Below are positions 49,057 through 61,450 of a stretch of DNA of 64,000 bases, in pieces. Source of the DNA: Spongospora subterranea f. sp. subterranea (Eukaryota); NCBI GenBank assembly GCA_049724395.1, contig JAUGWO010000034.1:62001-126000 (forward strand). The letters run 5' to 3'. Both the position numbers and the translations under genes were made by a program. The notes beneath the pieces were generated by a model. That model worked only from the letters and a program-made list of their open reading frames with translations, ran no database searches and had not been told where the DNA came from. Position 1 is the stretch's first letter; the number at the start of each line of letters is the position of its first letter.

Positions 49057-50165
49057 CGCTCCTTAGCGCACGCCTTGAAAGTGTCCACTACTGTCGTTTT
49101 CAAAAGAATCAAAGAAGGGTTTGTTGAAACGGCATACCAATCGGTTGAAGCCAAGACTCTATCCAGTTAACAAGATCGAAAGATTACGATTCTGTTTACA
49201 TCACATACAAATCGCCAGTTTTGAATAATGAAACGTCACGATTCTCGCCAATGTTCGACACCATTCACATCGATGAAAAATGATTCTACCTGACTCAAGA
49301 CGCTGAGCGTTACTATCTTCTGCCAGATGAGGAAGAGCCAATGAGAACATGTCACAATAAGAATCGTTTTCAAGGTGATGTTTTTGGCGGCAGTGGCCCA
49401 GACCGATCTTCGGGAGCAATGGGAGTGTTTTTTTTATGGCAAGATCCGTATTTGGCCCTTCATAGAAAAGATCCCCAGCCAAGAAATCCAGCAAGAACCG
49501 TCTCGCAGGGACGTTGATAACCAACGGTGTTAAGGTGAACAAGGAAATGTCTCTTAGAACAACTGTTACCTGCAAGGCGCGACAAATGGCCCATTTGCTC
49601 ACGATGTTGATCAGCCGATATTTATACAACAGGATAATGCCAACCCACATATTCAAGTTGATGATTCGGAGTTTTTTGTGGGCATGGCGAAAGAAGGCTC
49701 TCAATTAGGTGTTCGCTTGATATTTCAACCTGCAAACAGTCCTGATTTCAACGTCTTGGACCTAGGGTTTTTCCGGACGATTTAATCCTTGCAGCAGTGC
49801 GAGGCACCCAAAGGGATCGACGACGTGATCGTCGCGGTGGAAAACTCATTCCGAAAGATATCAGCCGAATCCTTGAACGCTGTATTCATAACACTGCAGA
49901 TGTGTATGCTCGAGTCAATGAACCAAAATGGAGGAAACGACTATAAAATTTTCCTTGAAGCCGAATAAATCTTTCTAGGCAATACTTATACGTGGCAATT
50001 TCCTATTTTTATCTGAGAATAGACATTGGCAACATGCAGCGAGTGATGCCCAGACAGTAGTGATGGTATATTAGGACGTCTGTGACTCTATGACGGGCAT
50101 TGTGGACACTTATTTCGCAACATTTTCCGAACCCAAAGTGGACACTTAAAAAAAACGGGAGCGAG
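49057..50165 (+). mobile_element. Degenerate mariner (plant/oomycete-type) transposon
   Basis: 'IHIDEK*FY', 'GKI.IWPF', 'IQQDNANPH', 'QPANSPDFNVLDLGFF'; right TIR agtggacactt..acgggagcgag followed by TA; degenerate left TIR cgctcc...aagtgtccact. Confidence 0.9.
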
Positions 50166-50462
50166 TAGGTATATCTTTAACCAGAGACACTGTATATACT
50201 TTATACATTGTACACTATAATGTATATCTAAAACCGGGTTGAGCGACCTCACACCGGACCCAACCCAAACCCGGTTTGTCCAAATGCGGCCCGGTTGGGT
50301 CAGGGTCGGTGCTCACCTGTGACAGGCCACGCACTCAGAGGCCGCGCTCCCTGTCGGAGGCCGCGCTGACGAATCAATGGTGATCCAATGTACAGTCCAA
50401 AACTCCGATAAAATCGAGAAGTCTACCGGACACAGCCATTGATCGGGGGAAGTCGTCAGATC

Positions 50463-51619
50463 ATGACGGTGCAAGTGCTCGTTGTCGGCATTGACAACAG
50501 GACATCCTGTTTGCAACTAGATGGTGATGGAGCAGCTTCCTTGCGCTGCGTAAAGCAGGTGCTGTTTTATCGTGGGGTAGTTTCCCAACATCAGCGTTTC
50601 CGGCTAGTCTCCAGCAGATTCGATCTTGATGACGATGATTTAGTCGAAGATGGGGCGATGCTAACATGTGTTCAAGGATTACTTGGCGGAAAAGGAGGTT
50701 TTGGTAGTTTACTGAGAGGTGCCTCAACTAAGGTTGGACAAAAGGCGACATCGAACTTTACCGCTTGCAGGGATCTTTCTGGCAGGCGCATTCGCCATAT
50801 TGACGATGAGAAGGTAATTTTCTCGGAACTTTAATGAGGATACTTTTAACAACTTAGGCTGTAGGCTCTTGCTAAATGGAAAGCAGAACAAGAGAAGGAA
50901 AAAGCTGAGACGTCTTCTTCGTCCATCTCTCTTAGGAAGCAGTATATCAATATCAAAACGGACACGAGAGAACGAGAAGTATGCAAATATGGTGGCGACT
51001 GCAAATACCAGCACAAAGGCTGTCGTTTTGATCACCCGAAAACTCAGAAAAATCATGTTGAATTGACAAGAGAATTTGCCGAATCCAGTTCAAGGTCTGG
51101 TGCTTGTAAGTATGCTCTCGATAATATTCAAATGTACTCTCATGTGTTTTCTATTCAGCATTCGATATGAGTGCATCAATTGAACAAGGTCTTCGTAAAA
51201 GAAAAGCTGTTACTGAAAGTAGCGGCATGTTGAAAAGGACAATGGTAGCACAGTCAAATTCTTCGGCTGATAAGAGTGATGCGCCTTCCAGCAGCCTCAA
51301 AGTTTTGTCAACTAAAAAATATATCGCCGGACACGACGACACGTCAAAAAGGACCCAGGAACCAAACGATAACGCGCCATGTGAATTGGCGGTCAAGGCA
51401 CCACCTGCACAAAAAATGGTAAAACCAGTCCCTAAAGTTGATCTAAGCCAGTTCACGTCGTGGGAAGAACTGCAAAGCCTCGGCCTGGATGTTTTGAAAA
51501 ATGAATTGCAAGCGCATGGATTGAAATGCGGGGGAACACTCACTCTTCGTGCACAAAGGTTATTTCTTTTAAATCAAATGCCACGTGATCAAATTCCGAA
51601 GAAACATTTTTCAACATAA
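50463..51619 (+). CDS. SDE2: SDE2 (UBL, Sde2 domain, C-terminal SAP-like domain); spliced
   Basis: 'LLGGKGGFGSLLRG...NFTACRDLSGRRIRH'; 'LGLDVLKNELQAHGLKCGGTL..RAQRLF'. Confidence 0.93.
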
Positions 51620-51678
51620 TCGTCCTTTAATATATTTTAAATTGTACATTCACCCGATCTTTGACGATCATATTTCAT

Positions 51679-53574
51679 TTAATCCCAATCGTCGCCGTCT
51701 GAGTCGTCCTCGGTTGCGATAACGTCTCTGCGCGCATCAAGGAGCGTTTTGATGTGGTTCATCATCGACATCTTGTCGCTGTCACGCATTGACGACAAAT
51801 CTGGCAATTGCGCCTGATCGTCGTTGCTTTGATTTTCAGTTGTAGATCGTGGAGTGGAGACAGGGCGTAAAGCTCTTCCTGCTCGAATCTGGCCTAGCAG
51901 ATCTGACCTTGAAGGTGTTGAAGGTTCGGAAAACGATGTTGAAGGCGGAGGAACTGGTGGTGCAGGAATGCTGGTTTAGCCACATAAATAAAACTACACG
52001 AGAGTTTTCAAATTGCATATCATACCTAGAATCCTGACCATATTCGCTTGTGTTTTGATATGGTTCTGAATTCCGTTTAGCTGCAGAGTAATATTCGTCA
52101 TCCACCGCTGAAGAGACTTGCAATGGTATGGGGGGAGGTGGGGGAGGTGCCGCTACTTTTCTTGATGATGTTTCGGAAGGCGGCCCTGAGATATTTAGGG
52201 CTCGCTGCGCATGATGAGAGAGAAACACTTACCTGGCGGTTGCCTTTGTGGAGGTGGAGGACCTCTTGGAGCTCTTCTGGTTCTCATAGGGCGAGAGGGG
52301 TCAGCGACAGGGGGTGGCGGAAGAGGTCGACCGCCATCGAAACCAGCGTTAGAGGGAGGATTGACTCTTGTCATGTCAGGCTGACCAAGCCCGGATGACA
52401 AAGTCTTCTGATGATGCGGTGGGAGAGGGGCTTCATGTGGAGGAGGAGGTGGACGCCGAACATGAACTGGCTCCGCTGGCATTGCTGTTGATGCAACAGG
52501 TGGAACTGGTGCAACAACCGAGGCACGATAATGAGAACTGGCAACAGAGGAACTGTATCAGATGATGATATTGAGTGTAAAATGATGAACCTGATCGTTT
52601 CGAAAACAAGATTGGCCGTAGCGTAGTCTTTAAGATCAGAGGGTTTAACGCCCGTGGCCTTGAATAACGCTTTCCATTCTTCTGGAATATTTTTAACTTC
52701 AAAGCCTTTGGAATTACAAGTTTTCAATATGAATTACAATGTCAATTTCAGAAGTCACCTTTTTCCGGATCAATTCCTATGTGGTGTTTATGGATAACGT
52801 TGGATGGTGCCCCAATCTGCATTTCTTTGTCTTTTTTGGAAAATATTCCTTTCACTTTTCCAAGAAATCCTGCCGATGGTGACGGCGAATTTGAAGAAAC
52901 TACTGATAATGGGGAACCTGCGGTCTGTGACGCCGGCACCATTGCCACAACTAGACAAAGGCAAGAATCAGTTTTCTGGTTACTCAAATATAATTCCACA
53001 GCACCTTTACTGTGAAAATTCGCTGCGTCTTCTATGTTGGCAAAATCTAAGCCGATGATGGCGCCAGTTGCCTCAAACATGTGAAAGTAATTTTTGGCAG
53101 CAATATAGCGCAAACCAACATAAAGCTCTTCATCTAAAATCACCTCCATGGTCTGTTGCAAAATTTCAGCCCATGCAGATGACAATACGCTAAAAAGCAC
53201 CTAACTTTTAGATCGTAAACCCGAATAATTTTGGCATTTCTACTCAACGTACTTGATCAACAACAAATTCAGGCCCAACAAGTGATAAACTTACCTGACT
53301 CTATCCATGACAAGAACCGCTGCACCAGTTTGATTAGTATTTTGCCACCCTTGACTAGTTGGCAATGCCATAATAATGTGGCAGATAGCGAAACATAGCG
53401 GCTATTCCCATGATTAAGAGGAACGTGTGGGCGGTGCCGCACCAATGGTGGACTCACCGATGCCGTTCCGCTCAACACTTTCCGGATGGCGTCCATCTCC
53501 GAGGCGCTGACCTTATCACTGGTACCGGCCAGTTCGGGCGGGTTTAATGGCGCCCCGATGAGCGCTGTCGCCAT
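51679..53574 (-). CDS. WASP: WASP-family actin nucleation-promoting factor; multi-exon
   Basis: WH1-like N-terminus, CRIB 'IGAPSNVIHKHHIG', 'IPEEWKALFKATGV', poly-Pro, acidic C-terminus 'DDSDGDDWD*'. Confidence 0.9.
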
Positions 53575-55322
53575 TGTGGTGGCCTTACTTCAGAATAGTG
53601 ACGATTGCACCCAGCACAGTGGAGCACGTTGTCCCCATCACGCACATGTTTACCTTACGTTCTCAATGCGCTGCAACCACACTAAACAAGACAGAGATTA
53701 AGTAGCGACAGGCAGTTTTTCTCAACACGTCCACGGTGGCGACGTCAATGGTCAAATGGCGTGGCAAGAAAACAAACGATATTTAGGTCTTTTCATCAGG
53801 TGTGGCTTAGGTGATTCGACGACGTGCCCTGTTGTTGAAAATTCCGATTTTCATGATTACCAGTATTTGAACCGTCAAAAAAGTGGCTCGTAACTACCTA
53901 GCTGGCCGAAACCAGAACGCATATTCGACGGATTAAAAACGGGTTTGACTCAATGTTTGCAACGATATTCCCAGCTTCACTTTGGTGCGTCGGTCTTTTT
54001 TTGCAATTACAAAGATACACTTGCAAAATGTATTTATTTGGTGAAGACAACTATAATGTACTCAACTCTGTGAAAATAGAACGTCAATTTCATCCAGGTC
54101 GCTAGTTGCACAAGGAATAGCCGATCGTCATCAAAGATCACCGTTTCTCCTGGTTTATCAAGCCCAAAGAGTCCCCTTAAAATCGCTCTTACGTTTGTTG
54201 TTTTGCTTTCATTACAGGCGAGTCCGGATTTCTCCCCAAACAATCCACATCAATATAATTCAATAGCGTCAAATCGCACATTGTGGACTACATTCAAAAT
54301 GGTGACGCCGTCGTACGTGGCTGCGTATTTTGGGGAAAAACAAATCAAGAACTAACTGAACAACCCTGCATGCATATTGCTTCAGTTGCTTTCGTTTGAA
54401 ATGGAAAACACTGCGTTCTGTCGTACTTAGTATCAGCAGAAGCGTGAAGGCATTTCAATCGTTTCGCATCTCGTCAGGATACAGATCCGCACCGTTGCTG
54501 ATAAGTTGGAGTCCGTTTGCAGAAATTGTATTCAGCAATTTGACGATCATGACCAATGACAAAATGCTACTAAGTGGTGATAGCTGGGAGCTAAAAACAC
54601 GTTGCGTTCACCTAATGTTTATATTTGGAAACTTGTATTGTCTTGCAACAAGACCGCCCCTGGAAGCAGCGTGGATGGAAATGCAATCCGCATTGAAGAT
54701 AAAAAGGCATGGGCACTCATGGACAAAGAACAATATCAGAAGAGAGTTGCCAGATATAAGCAAAGACCTAATCCCAAGTAAATCTTCAAATCGCTCGATG
54801 GTTTGATTTCGGAAACTGTTTTTTATCAGGATTTCTAAAAAAAACATCGATTTTTCTTCAATTAAAGAGCGGCCATCATTTCAGTGGTCGTCGGCAGGCT
54901 GAAATGGCCAATAAACGCATGTGCGCACCTCGCGTGGAGAAAACCACACCCGCAAGAAAGGGAAAAAGGGAGATGAAATACAGGCAATGTTACCAAATAA
55001 ATTCAACCTCCGATGCATATGATGTGGCAATGATAGGTCAAAAGACGAACAATGGATCGAGGGCACCGGATGGCATCGGATGTTCCACACGAAAGTTCCA
55101 CCAAAAGAACATTCCAGGCAACGGATTCCAAGGACAACTGGAATTGTGTACACTTTGGAGTGATGATGGAAAGTGCGTGACGGAGTAATGATTGAGCGCC
55201 CTGCTGCCACCCGTGGCGGTCCTGTAATAGGGGATGACCGGCGGGGTTGCCCTGCCAGTCTCTCATTTTATTATCATCGCCGTCCGATACCTTCGCCAAT
55301 CCCAATATCCAAGTAAATCGTC

Positions 55323-55688
55323 ATGGTTCGTGCATGGATATTGTGTTGCTGATTTTTTTACACGGTATTGATTGCATTTAATTAGAGTGCTACCTTCTCG
55401 AAAGTCAAGCCATTGTTGGATCGTGTTTTGGTCAAGCGTATCGTCGCTGCTACACACAGCCCAGGTGGTGTCATGCTCCCTGAATCGGCCCAGAAGCACC
55501 TCAACCAGGGCGTTGTTGTGTCTGTTGGACCCGGCCGTGTCACATCCGAGGGTAAGCGGGTAGAAATGGGCGTCAAGACCGGCGACACCGTTTTGCTTCC
55601 CGAATATGGTGGCAACACAGTTTCGATCGACAAGGAAGACATGGTTCTCTATAGAGATGAGGATATTTTGGGAGTCATTGAGAAATGA
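55323..55688 (+). CDS. HSP10: Chaperonin 10 (HSP10/GroES)
   Basis: 'KPLLDRVLVKR...GGVMLPESA...VVSVGPG...VKTGDTVLLPEYGG'; ATG-only first exon with intron 55326-55385. Confidence 0.95.
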
Positions 55689-56517
55689 GAATTTACTAAA
55701 TCATTGCATTATCGACACATCGATTTCACTATATAAAGGCTCGTCAGGTCGGAGAATCGTCCACCGGTAGACAATCAGCTTCAATGAGCATGTTTGATGC
55801 CCAACAGCTAATGATAACAGTTTGTCAACGGCAGAACAAGGCATTGCTCAAAGTCCCTGAGCTGAAATCCCTCGGCTCATGGGCTTAGTCAAACAACACA
55901 AATGAGTAAAGTTTGTCACCCCATCAAATGCGGTTCTGCTTTCAAAAACATTATTGTATCCACACAGCTTTCATATATTAATCCTCTCCATTTGTGATAA
56001 ATCAGCAATGGGTTGAGCCAAGATGAATAGCGGTGTTCCCGCGGGGGTGTTCCACGAATCGAATGGATTCGCAGTACCCATCGGCAATCATCGCATTACT
56101 TCCAGAATGAGAACCACAGTTTTGCAGTTTCATCCATCTTTCGTAAACGTATAGAAAAAAAAGACTCCATTTTATGAGGGAGTTGATCATGGCAATCCTG
56201 TATATCTGCTCACAAAATATTTCAATCCCCTCAGAATCCGTTCTGTCAAACGAAAAACGAACTTCTTCGAACAACAGACCTAGAAGTCGGACGTTTCGCC
56301 TCTATCAAAGCCCAAAGAAAAATCCGAGCCAAGTTGCTCCTTTGAGCATTTCTATCCGAAACACAGTTTTGAAACAATTTGGGAATATTTTGTTCACCCT
56401 GAGATTGGCCGATCCTTTTTAAAACATTTATTCAGATGAGGGTTTCCTTTATCCGGTCAAATCAAGACGGTTGTTGCTTTATATGAACGGTTGGCAGCGC
56501 TCCGGGATTATAGTCAA

Positions 56518-57569
56518 ATGGACGATATTATTCGCCGAGCATTGGAGGAGGATCTGAACGATGTTGGGGATGTGACTACGCTGGCGACCGTCAGCCCCGA
56601 CCTCTGCTGCAGGGCAACATTCCTCGCTAAAGATAGCGGCGTCATAGCCGGGTTCGAGCCAGCAACGAAAGTTTTTTCGGCGGTACTCGCCTGCCTGCCC
56701 AGGCTCCTTTATGTTGATTAAACTCATGGCACAGTTAGATGAGCGCGTTCTAGTGCATTGGCATGTTGATGAAGGAAAGCATGTCGTTCCTGGTACGATA
56801 ATCGGCACAGTTCAAGGGCCGGTACGGCCAAGTAAATCACAGAAATCGTTGACTGGCGGGCCCTCGGTTGTACTGACTTACATGGAATCTGTTTAGTTTT
56901 GACTGGAGAGCGTTTGGCGCTGAACATTCTTCAAAGAATGTCGGGGATCGCTACGTTTACGTTCAAGATGGTGGAGAAGATCAGGAAGATCGATAGGCGC
57001 GTGGTATTGTTAGATTCTAGGAAGACCGCCCCGGGTCTGAGAGTGCTGGACAAGATGGCGGTGACCATTGGTGGAGGGCGCAACCATCGCCATGGTCGCT
57101 CTATGATAGCGTCATGGTTAAAGATAACCATATCAGGGCCGCTGGCGGGATTGCACCTGCAGTTGCCGCTGTTAGACGGTGAGAAAACGCAGTGTCGTTT
57201 GCAAATCTCTTTCTGAGCCCATTACGAAGATATGTTCAATCTCACAAAAACGTCAAACAGGATATTGAGATTGTTGTTGAGGCGCGTACATTGGATGAAG
57301 TTCGAGAGGTGCTGCAAGTAGAAGGAGTCACAAGGATTCTGCTAGACAATATGGTGGCGTGGGATCCCGACACAAAAACGACCGACACCTCAATGCTTGA
57401 TCGGGCGCTCACAATGATTGCTGGACGACTGCCGACAGAGGCCAGCGGCAACGTCTCACTGAATGTGATAGAGGATATTGCGAAAACTGGGGTACATTAT
57501 ATCTCATGCGGCGCTATAACACATTCCTTCTCTGCCTTAGATATTTCTTTAAAAATCAGCGTTGTTTGA
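56518..57569 (+). CDS. nadC: Quinolinate phosphoribosyltransferase; multi-exon, apparent frameshift near 57097 (start uncertain)
   Basis: 'ALEEDL..GDVTT', 'GERLALNILQRMSGIAT', 'DSRKTAPGLR', 'KDNH' in shifted frame, 'ILLDNM', 'EASGN', 'LDISL'. Confidence 0.92.
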
Positions 57570-58177
57570 TTATGGTTCAGTGGGCTTCATCATTCCTTGC
57601 CTTTCGTTGTAGAGATTCTTAGGCTCGCAAAATGTTGAGCAAGACGTGAGTAATCAACGTCTTAATTCGCTGATGTGTAACCAGAGTCATCCGTATGTTG
57701 ACCCCGAATCACAAACCTGTATCGCATTTTCTTTCTATAATCAAAACACCTGCCGTTCCTCAAGTCCCCACCGCAGAATTGTAAACTCTTGTTTAGTTTC
57801 AATCCACATTTTTTGCCCCACTGCAAAGCCGAAATGGCAAACATTTACCGACATTGGAAAAAAAAACTGAAATTGAAATGTTTCCTCGGAAGAACACTGC
57901 GGTTGCCCCGGTTATGGCTGAACAGTTCTCAGTATTCAGCCAGGGTACGTACTGGGCGGAAGGCGGACACGTTCTGGGACCGCATGGAGGAAACACGCAT
58001 TCCGAGCGTGGAGCGGAACCAACTAGCGGAATATGTCAAGGTAATCCATAATGGAAATAGTTCGACAAGAAGTTCCAAGTAACTTTCATGAATTACAAAC
58101 TCCTTTTTCCAAAGTGGAATGGATATCGCTACGGTACATGTTTTATTTGTTAAACAAATCTAATATTTGCAAAGTTT

Positions 58178-58264
58178 ACAACAGCTTTCGAACAGTGTCC
58201 AGATTCGTAAGAGAGAAAGCACAACAGCATTCGAACAGTGTCCAGATTCGTAAGAAAGAAAGCA
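58178..58264. repeat. ~43-bp tandem duplication
   Basis: acaacagc.ttcgaacagtgtccagattcgtaaga.agaaagc x2. Confidence 0.9.
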
Positions 58265-58312
58265 AAGTATCAGCGTTCGGGGCCAATAGTGTGTGTGGAA
58301 GACGGTGGATGT

Positions 58313-59557
58313 CTAGGCGATATGTCGGGCAATTGGACCCGGGCCGACCTTCGTGATGATCATACGGTTGACACGACTGTCGTTGATGAACAGCGCCGAA
58401 TTCAGAGTCGGAGGCAGAGGGCATAACGATAATGGATCATGGACAAACTCGCCGAACTTGGCGATGGGGCAGAACCGATCAAGAAGGTACTGCGACAGTT
58501 TTCCCAGATTTTGATCCAAAGTAAATATGCAAGCGTTCGGGCCAGCATCAAATGTGTAGGCGGCCACAAGACCACCAGCGGCTTCGTTAAACTTGTGAAC
58601 GGCGTCGATGATTGCGTGCGATGTCGAATTCAAGTAAAAAATTGGAGGAAATGAGTCGGCACATATGGCATGGAACTGATTACTGTCCTTCATTGTCAAC
58701 TCGGCAAACGACTGGAAATCGCGTTCCACGATGGCGCTAGAAAGTGCCCTTATTCGCTTAGGGACAATTTCGGCAGAACGATGTGGTAAAAGGGTGGACG
58801 TCGACGTAGATCGCTGCATACCAATGGAGCTACCTGTAGCTTTTTCCCCAACGCTGACGACCAGAATCAAAACGCGCATCTGAGCCCAATGCGATTCGGG
58901 TGCGATCTGGACGGCGATGCTATCGCGACCGTCGGCTGCGGAACCCGCCATCCATTCAACAAAACCGCCATACATACTACGGCAAGCGCTTCCTGATCCC
59001 TGACGAGCAATGGCAGATAGTTGACCCGGATATGCTTCTTTGCAATGATATAGCTCACTTAATGCGGCGGCTGAGCGGGCAATCAAAACCGGATTCTCGC
59101 ATTCGCGAATAATCTTACTTAAGCACGCGTAACCCGACGCAGATGAAGCTAAACCAGCAGCGGTTGGGAAGTCATTACTGCATTCTAGATGGAGTTTGAT
59201 ACGACTCCAATCGCCACCCAAGGACTCAGGTGCTGGCCCAGCTATAGCGCGACACCCTTGTATAACTGCTTGAAGACGGGCGTTGCCCTTCATCTCAACT
59301 ACCCTAAACGATAGTTAGCTTTGCTCAATCATATGCAAAAGACCAGGAGAGAATTACTTTCCATTCAGCGTCATCTGATCCTGGTCAAATTGATTTGAGG
59401 CGGTGACAGTAATCGACGACGCCATACATTCAATATGTAATGTCGCGCTAAGCGAATCATGTAGGGGCAATATCAAATTTTCATCCCGCTTGCCCCAATA
59501 TTTCAAGACGGCCATGTTAATCGGGGCTTTGCATACAACCGTTGCCATATCCGCCAT
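58313..59557 (-). CDS. MVD: Diphosphomevalonate decarboxylase
   Basis: '[15 protein letters not shown]', '[15 protein letters not shown]', '[11 protein letters not shown]', 'DSNQFHA', '[10 protein letters not shown]'. Confidence 0.96.
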
Positions 59558-60603
59558 CGTGCTACGAGTCAAATGATCTTAGAAGCTGCTCGCGTGCTCG
59601 CTGCTGGTTGACCATGTGTTCAGGACCCGGTCATAATGCCGCTGATAGGTTTGATAGATACCGCCACATTCCGATCCGAACCCGAGTGTACAATTTATGA
59701 CTCATCATTGTACACGACAAGCGACCTTGGTTGTCCATTTTGCATCTGGAAAGGGGCTGCTGGTGAAAAAGCCAGTTGCGTTGGCTGGAATGTCAACGCT
59801 ATTTGTGTACCATACACTATACCATTAATTATACTTTGAATATTTATTTTACTCGTTGAATCCAACGTTGAGCCAACAAAAACACTAAACCGTCCATAAA
59901 ACTCAAACAAAAATTTTGATGGTGTAATGTCGTTGTGACCAACTTACGGTGTGTGTCTGAAATCCTCTCCAGCTAATATTGCCGTCTACGAATGATTGAT
60001 TTAAAACGTGCTAACGATTATTACAATCAACCCGCAACTGTTCAGTCAAATTTTTTTGGCATTCTCACAGGTATTATTTCGGTTTGGATTAACACACCTG
60101 CACTTAGTGCAAAAATTTTGAAACAGTTGTGTTGTGCTTATTGTGCTGCCGCGCGGTTGGCAATTTCGGTAACAACCCTGATTAGACGTTGGAACTTTAA
60201 AGGTTAAAAGTCGCCAAAAATAGCCGCTTCGACGCTGGTGCACGGCCAACGCCAACGGTTACGAAAATTCTTACTAATTCAGCCGTTGCAATTCTCTTGA
60301 TGTATTGATTTCTCCAAAGAGTGGCCCTTTTGCAGGGTTTTGAAAAGCATGGCTCTGGCCCTTGTTCTGCTGCGCCACAACAGACCGCAGCCAACCCCAG
60401 CCATCTTCGGAACCGATTATAACGCATGTGGTACAGTATCATGTGAGAGGTGACATGCCATCACTTGTTCCGGTCCGGAAGCCTTAGTCCGTGAGTAAGG
60501 TTTACAGACGGAATAAATAACGTAAATAGCCTTCAGCTGGACTTCCGGAGCGGATAATCGCGGTCGATATTGGCGGATATAGGTTTGGGATTTGGTCCAT
60601 CGG

Positions 60604-61344
60604 ATGTCATCCAGATCTGTATGGTCAAGGGTTGGGGACCTGGTGTCCGGTGTGGCGCTGGGAGTAACGGCCCGCCTGGGAGCTACGATTTTGTCGCGTT
60701 CCATAAGGCAGATGCGCCCGGGGCTGACCGATGCTCATCAGGCGCTGATGCGGGATCACTTCGAGACGGCATTTACGGCGTTCTTTGCTGGGCGGCTCAA
60801 TATCAGCAGACAATTGCGAGGACTTCTCGCAATAATCTGTGATGGAATGGCTGAGTCGGAAATTGAGGAAATCTGGCAACAAGTGGTTCATATCCTTACT
60901 GCGTTTGATGCCAGCGGCGTTATTGAAGATGAACCAGATGCTGTTATATATGATGATCACGCAGAGGCTTACGGCGTCAATGACACCGAGGACCCTAATG
61001 CGGCAATTCTGATGCACGATATTCAAGTGGACCCGGAATTGTTGAAACCCATTCCAGGCTGTATAAAATCCGCCCTCGTCGCTGAACTTACCAGAACTCC
61101 ATTGCCATCTTGCAGTATTACTTTGGATAATATTGTTGACGAAAGAGGCCACATTTGCCCAGGCGTTGTTGCGCTAGTGCAGAAACTCAGGATCGATCCT
61201 TCAGATCCCTCAGCACAGGCCAAATTTCACGTTTTTCTCTACAAGAAGGACGCTCTAGAGCAATGGTTCGAAGTCGGTGGCAATGTCAACCCATTAACAA
61301 GAGAACGCGTACATCGATCCTCACAACTTTTCCTGCTTTCATGA
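60604..61344 (+). CDS. Intronless orphan with divergent C-terminal U-box-like motif
   Basis: 'CSITLD...GVVAL...FLYKKDALEQWF...NPLTRE'. Confidence 0.6.
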   Translation: MSSRSVWSRVGDLVSGVALGVTARLGATILSRSIRQMRPGLTDAHQALMRDHFETAFTAFFAGRLNISRQLRGLLAIICDGMAESEIEEIWQQVVHILTAFDASGVIEDEPDAVIYDDHAEAYGVNDTEDPNAAILMHDIQVDPELLKPIPGCIKSALVAELTRTPLPSCSITLDNIVDERGHICPGVVALVQKLRIDPSDPSAQAKFHVFLYKKDALEQWFEVGGNVNPLTRERVHRSSQLFLLS

Positions 61345-61450
61345 ATTCAACGCAATGCCCTATTTCGAAGTCGGTGGCAGTCGACAAGAGAACGCGTACA
61401 TTGATCCTCACAACATTTCCTGCTTCCATAAATTCAACGCAATGTCCTAT
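61267..61450. repeat. Tandem duplication of the gene 3' end (~90-97 bp)
   Basis: ttcgaagtcggtggca...acaagagaacgcgtacat.gatcctcacaac...aattcaacgcaatg.cctat x2. Confidence 0.9.

Noticed and set aside
1860..51619. Functional clustering of splicing (PRP19, PRP40, SDE2) or ER quality-control genes
   Set aside because: Genes are far apart and interleaved with unrelated ones; expected by chance in a compact genome
53800..55250. Possible DNA-transposon relic
   Set aside because: Looks like decayed coding sequence, but I found no diagnostic motif, TIR or TSD
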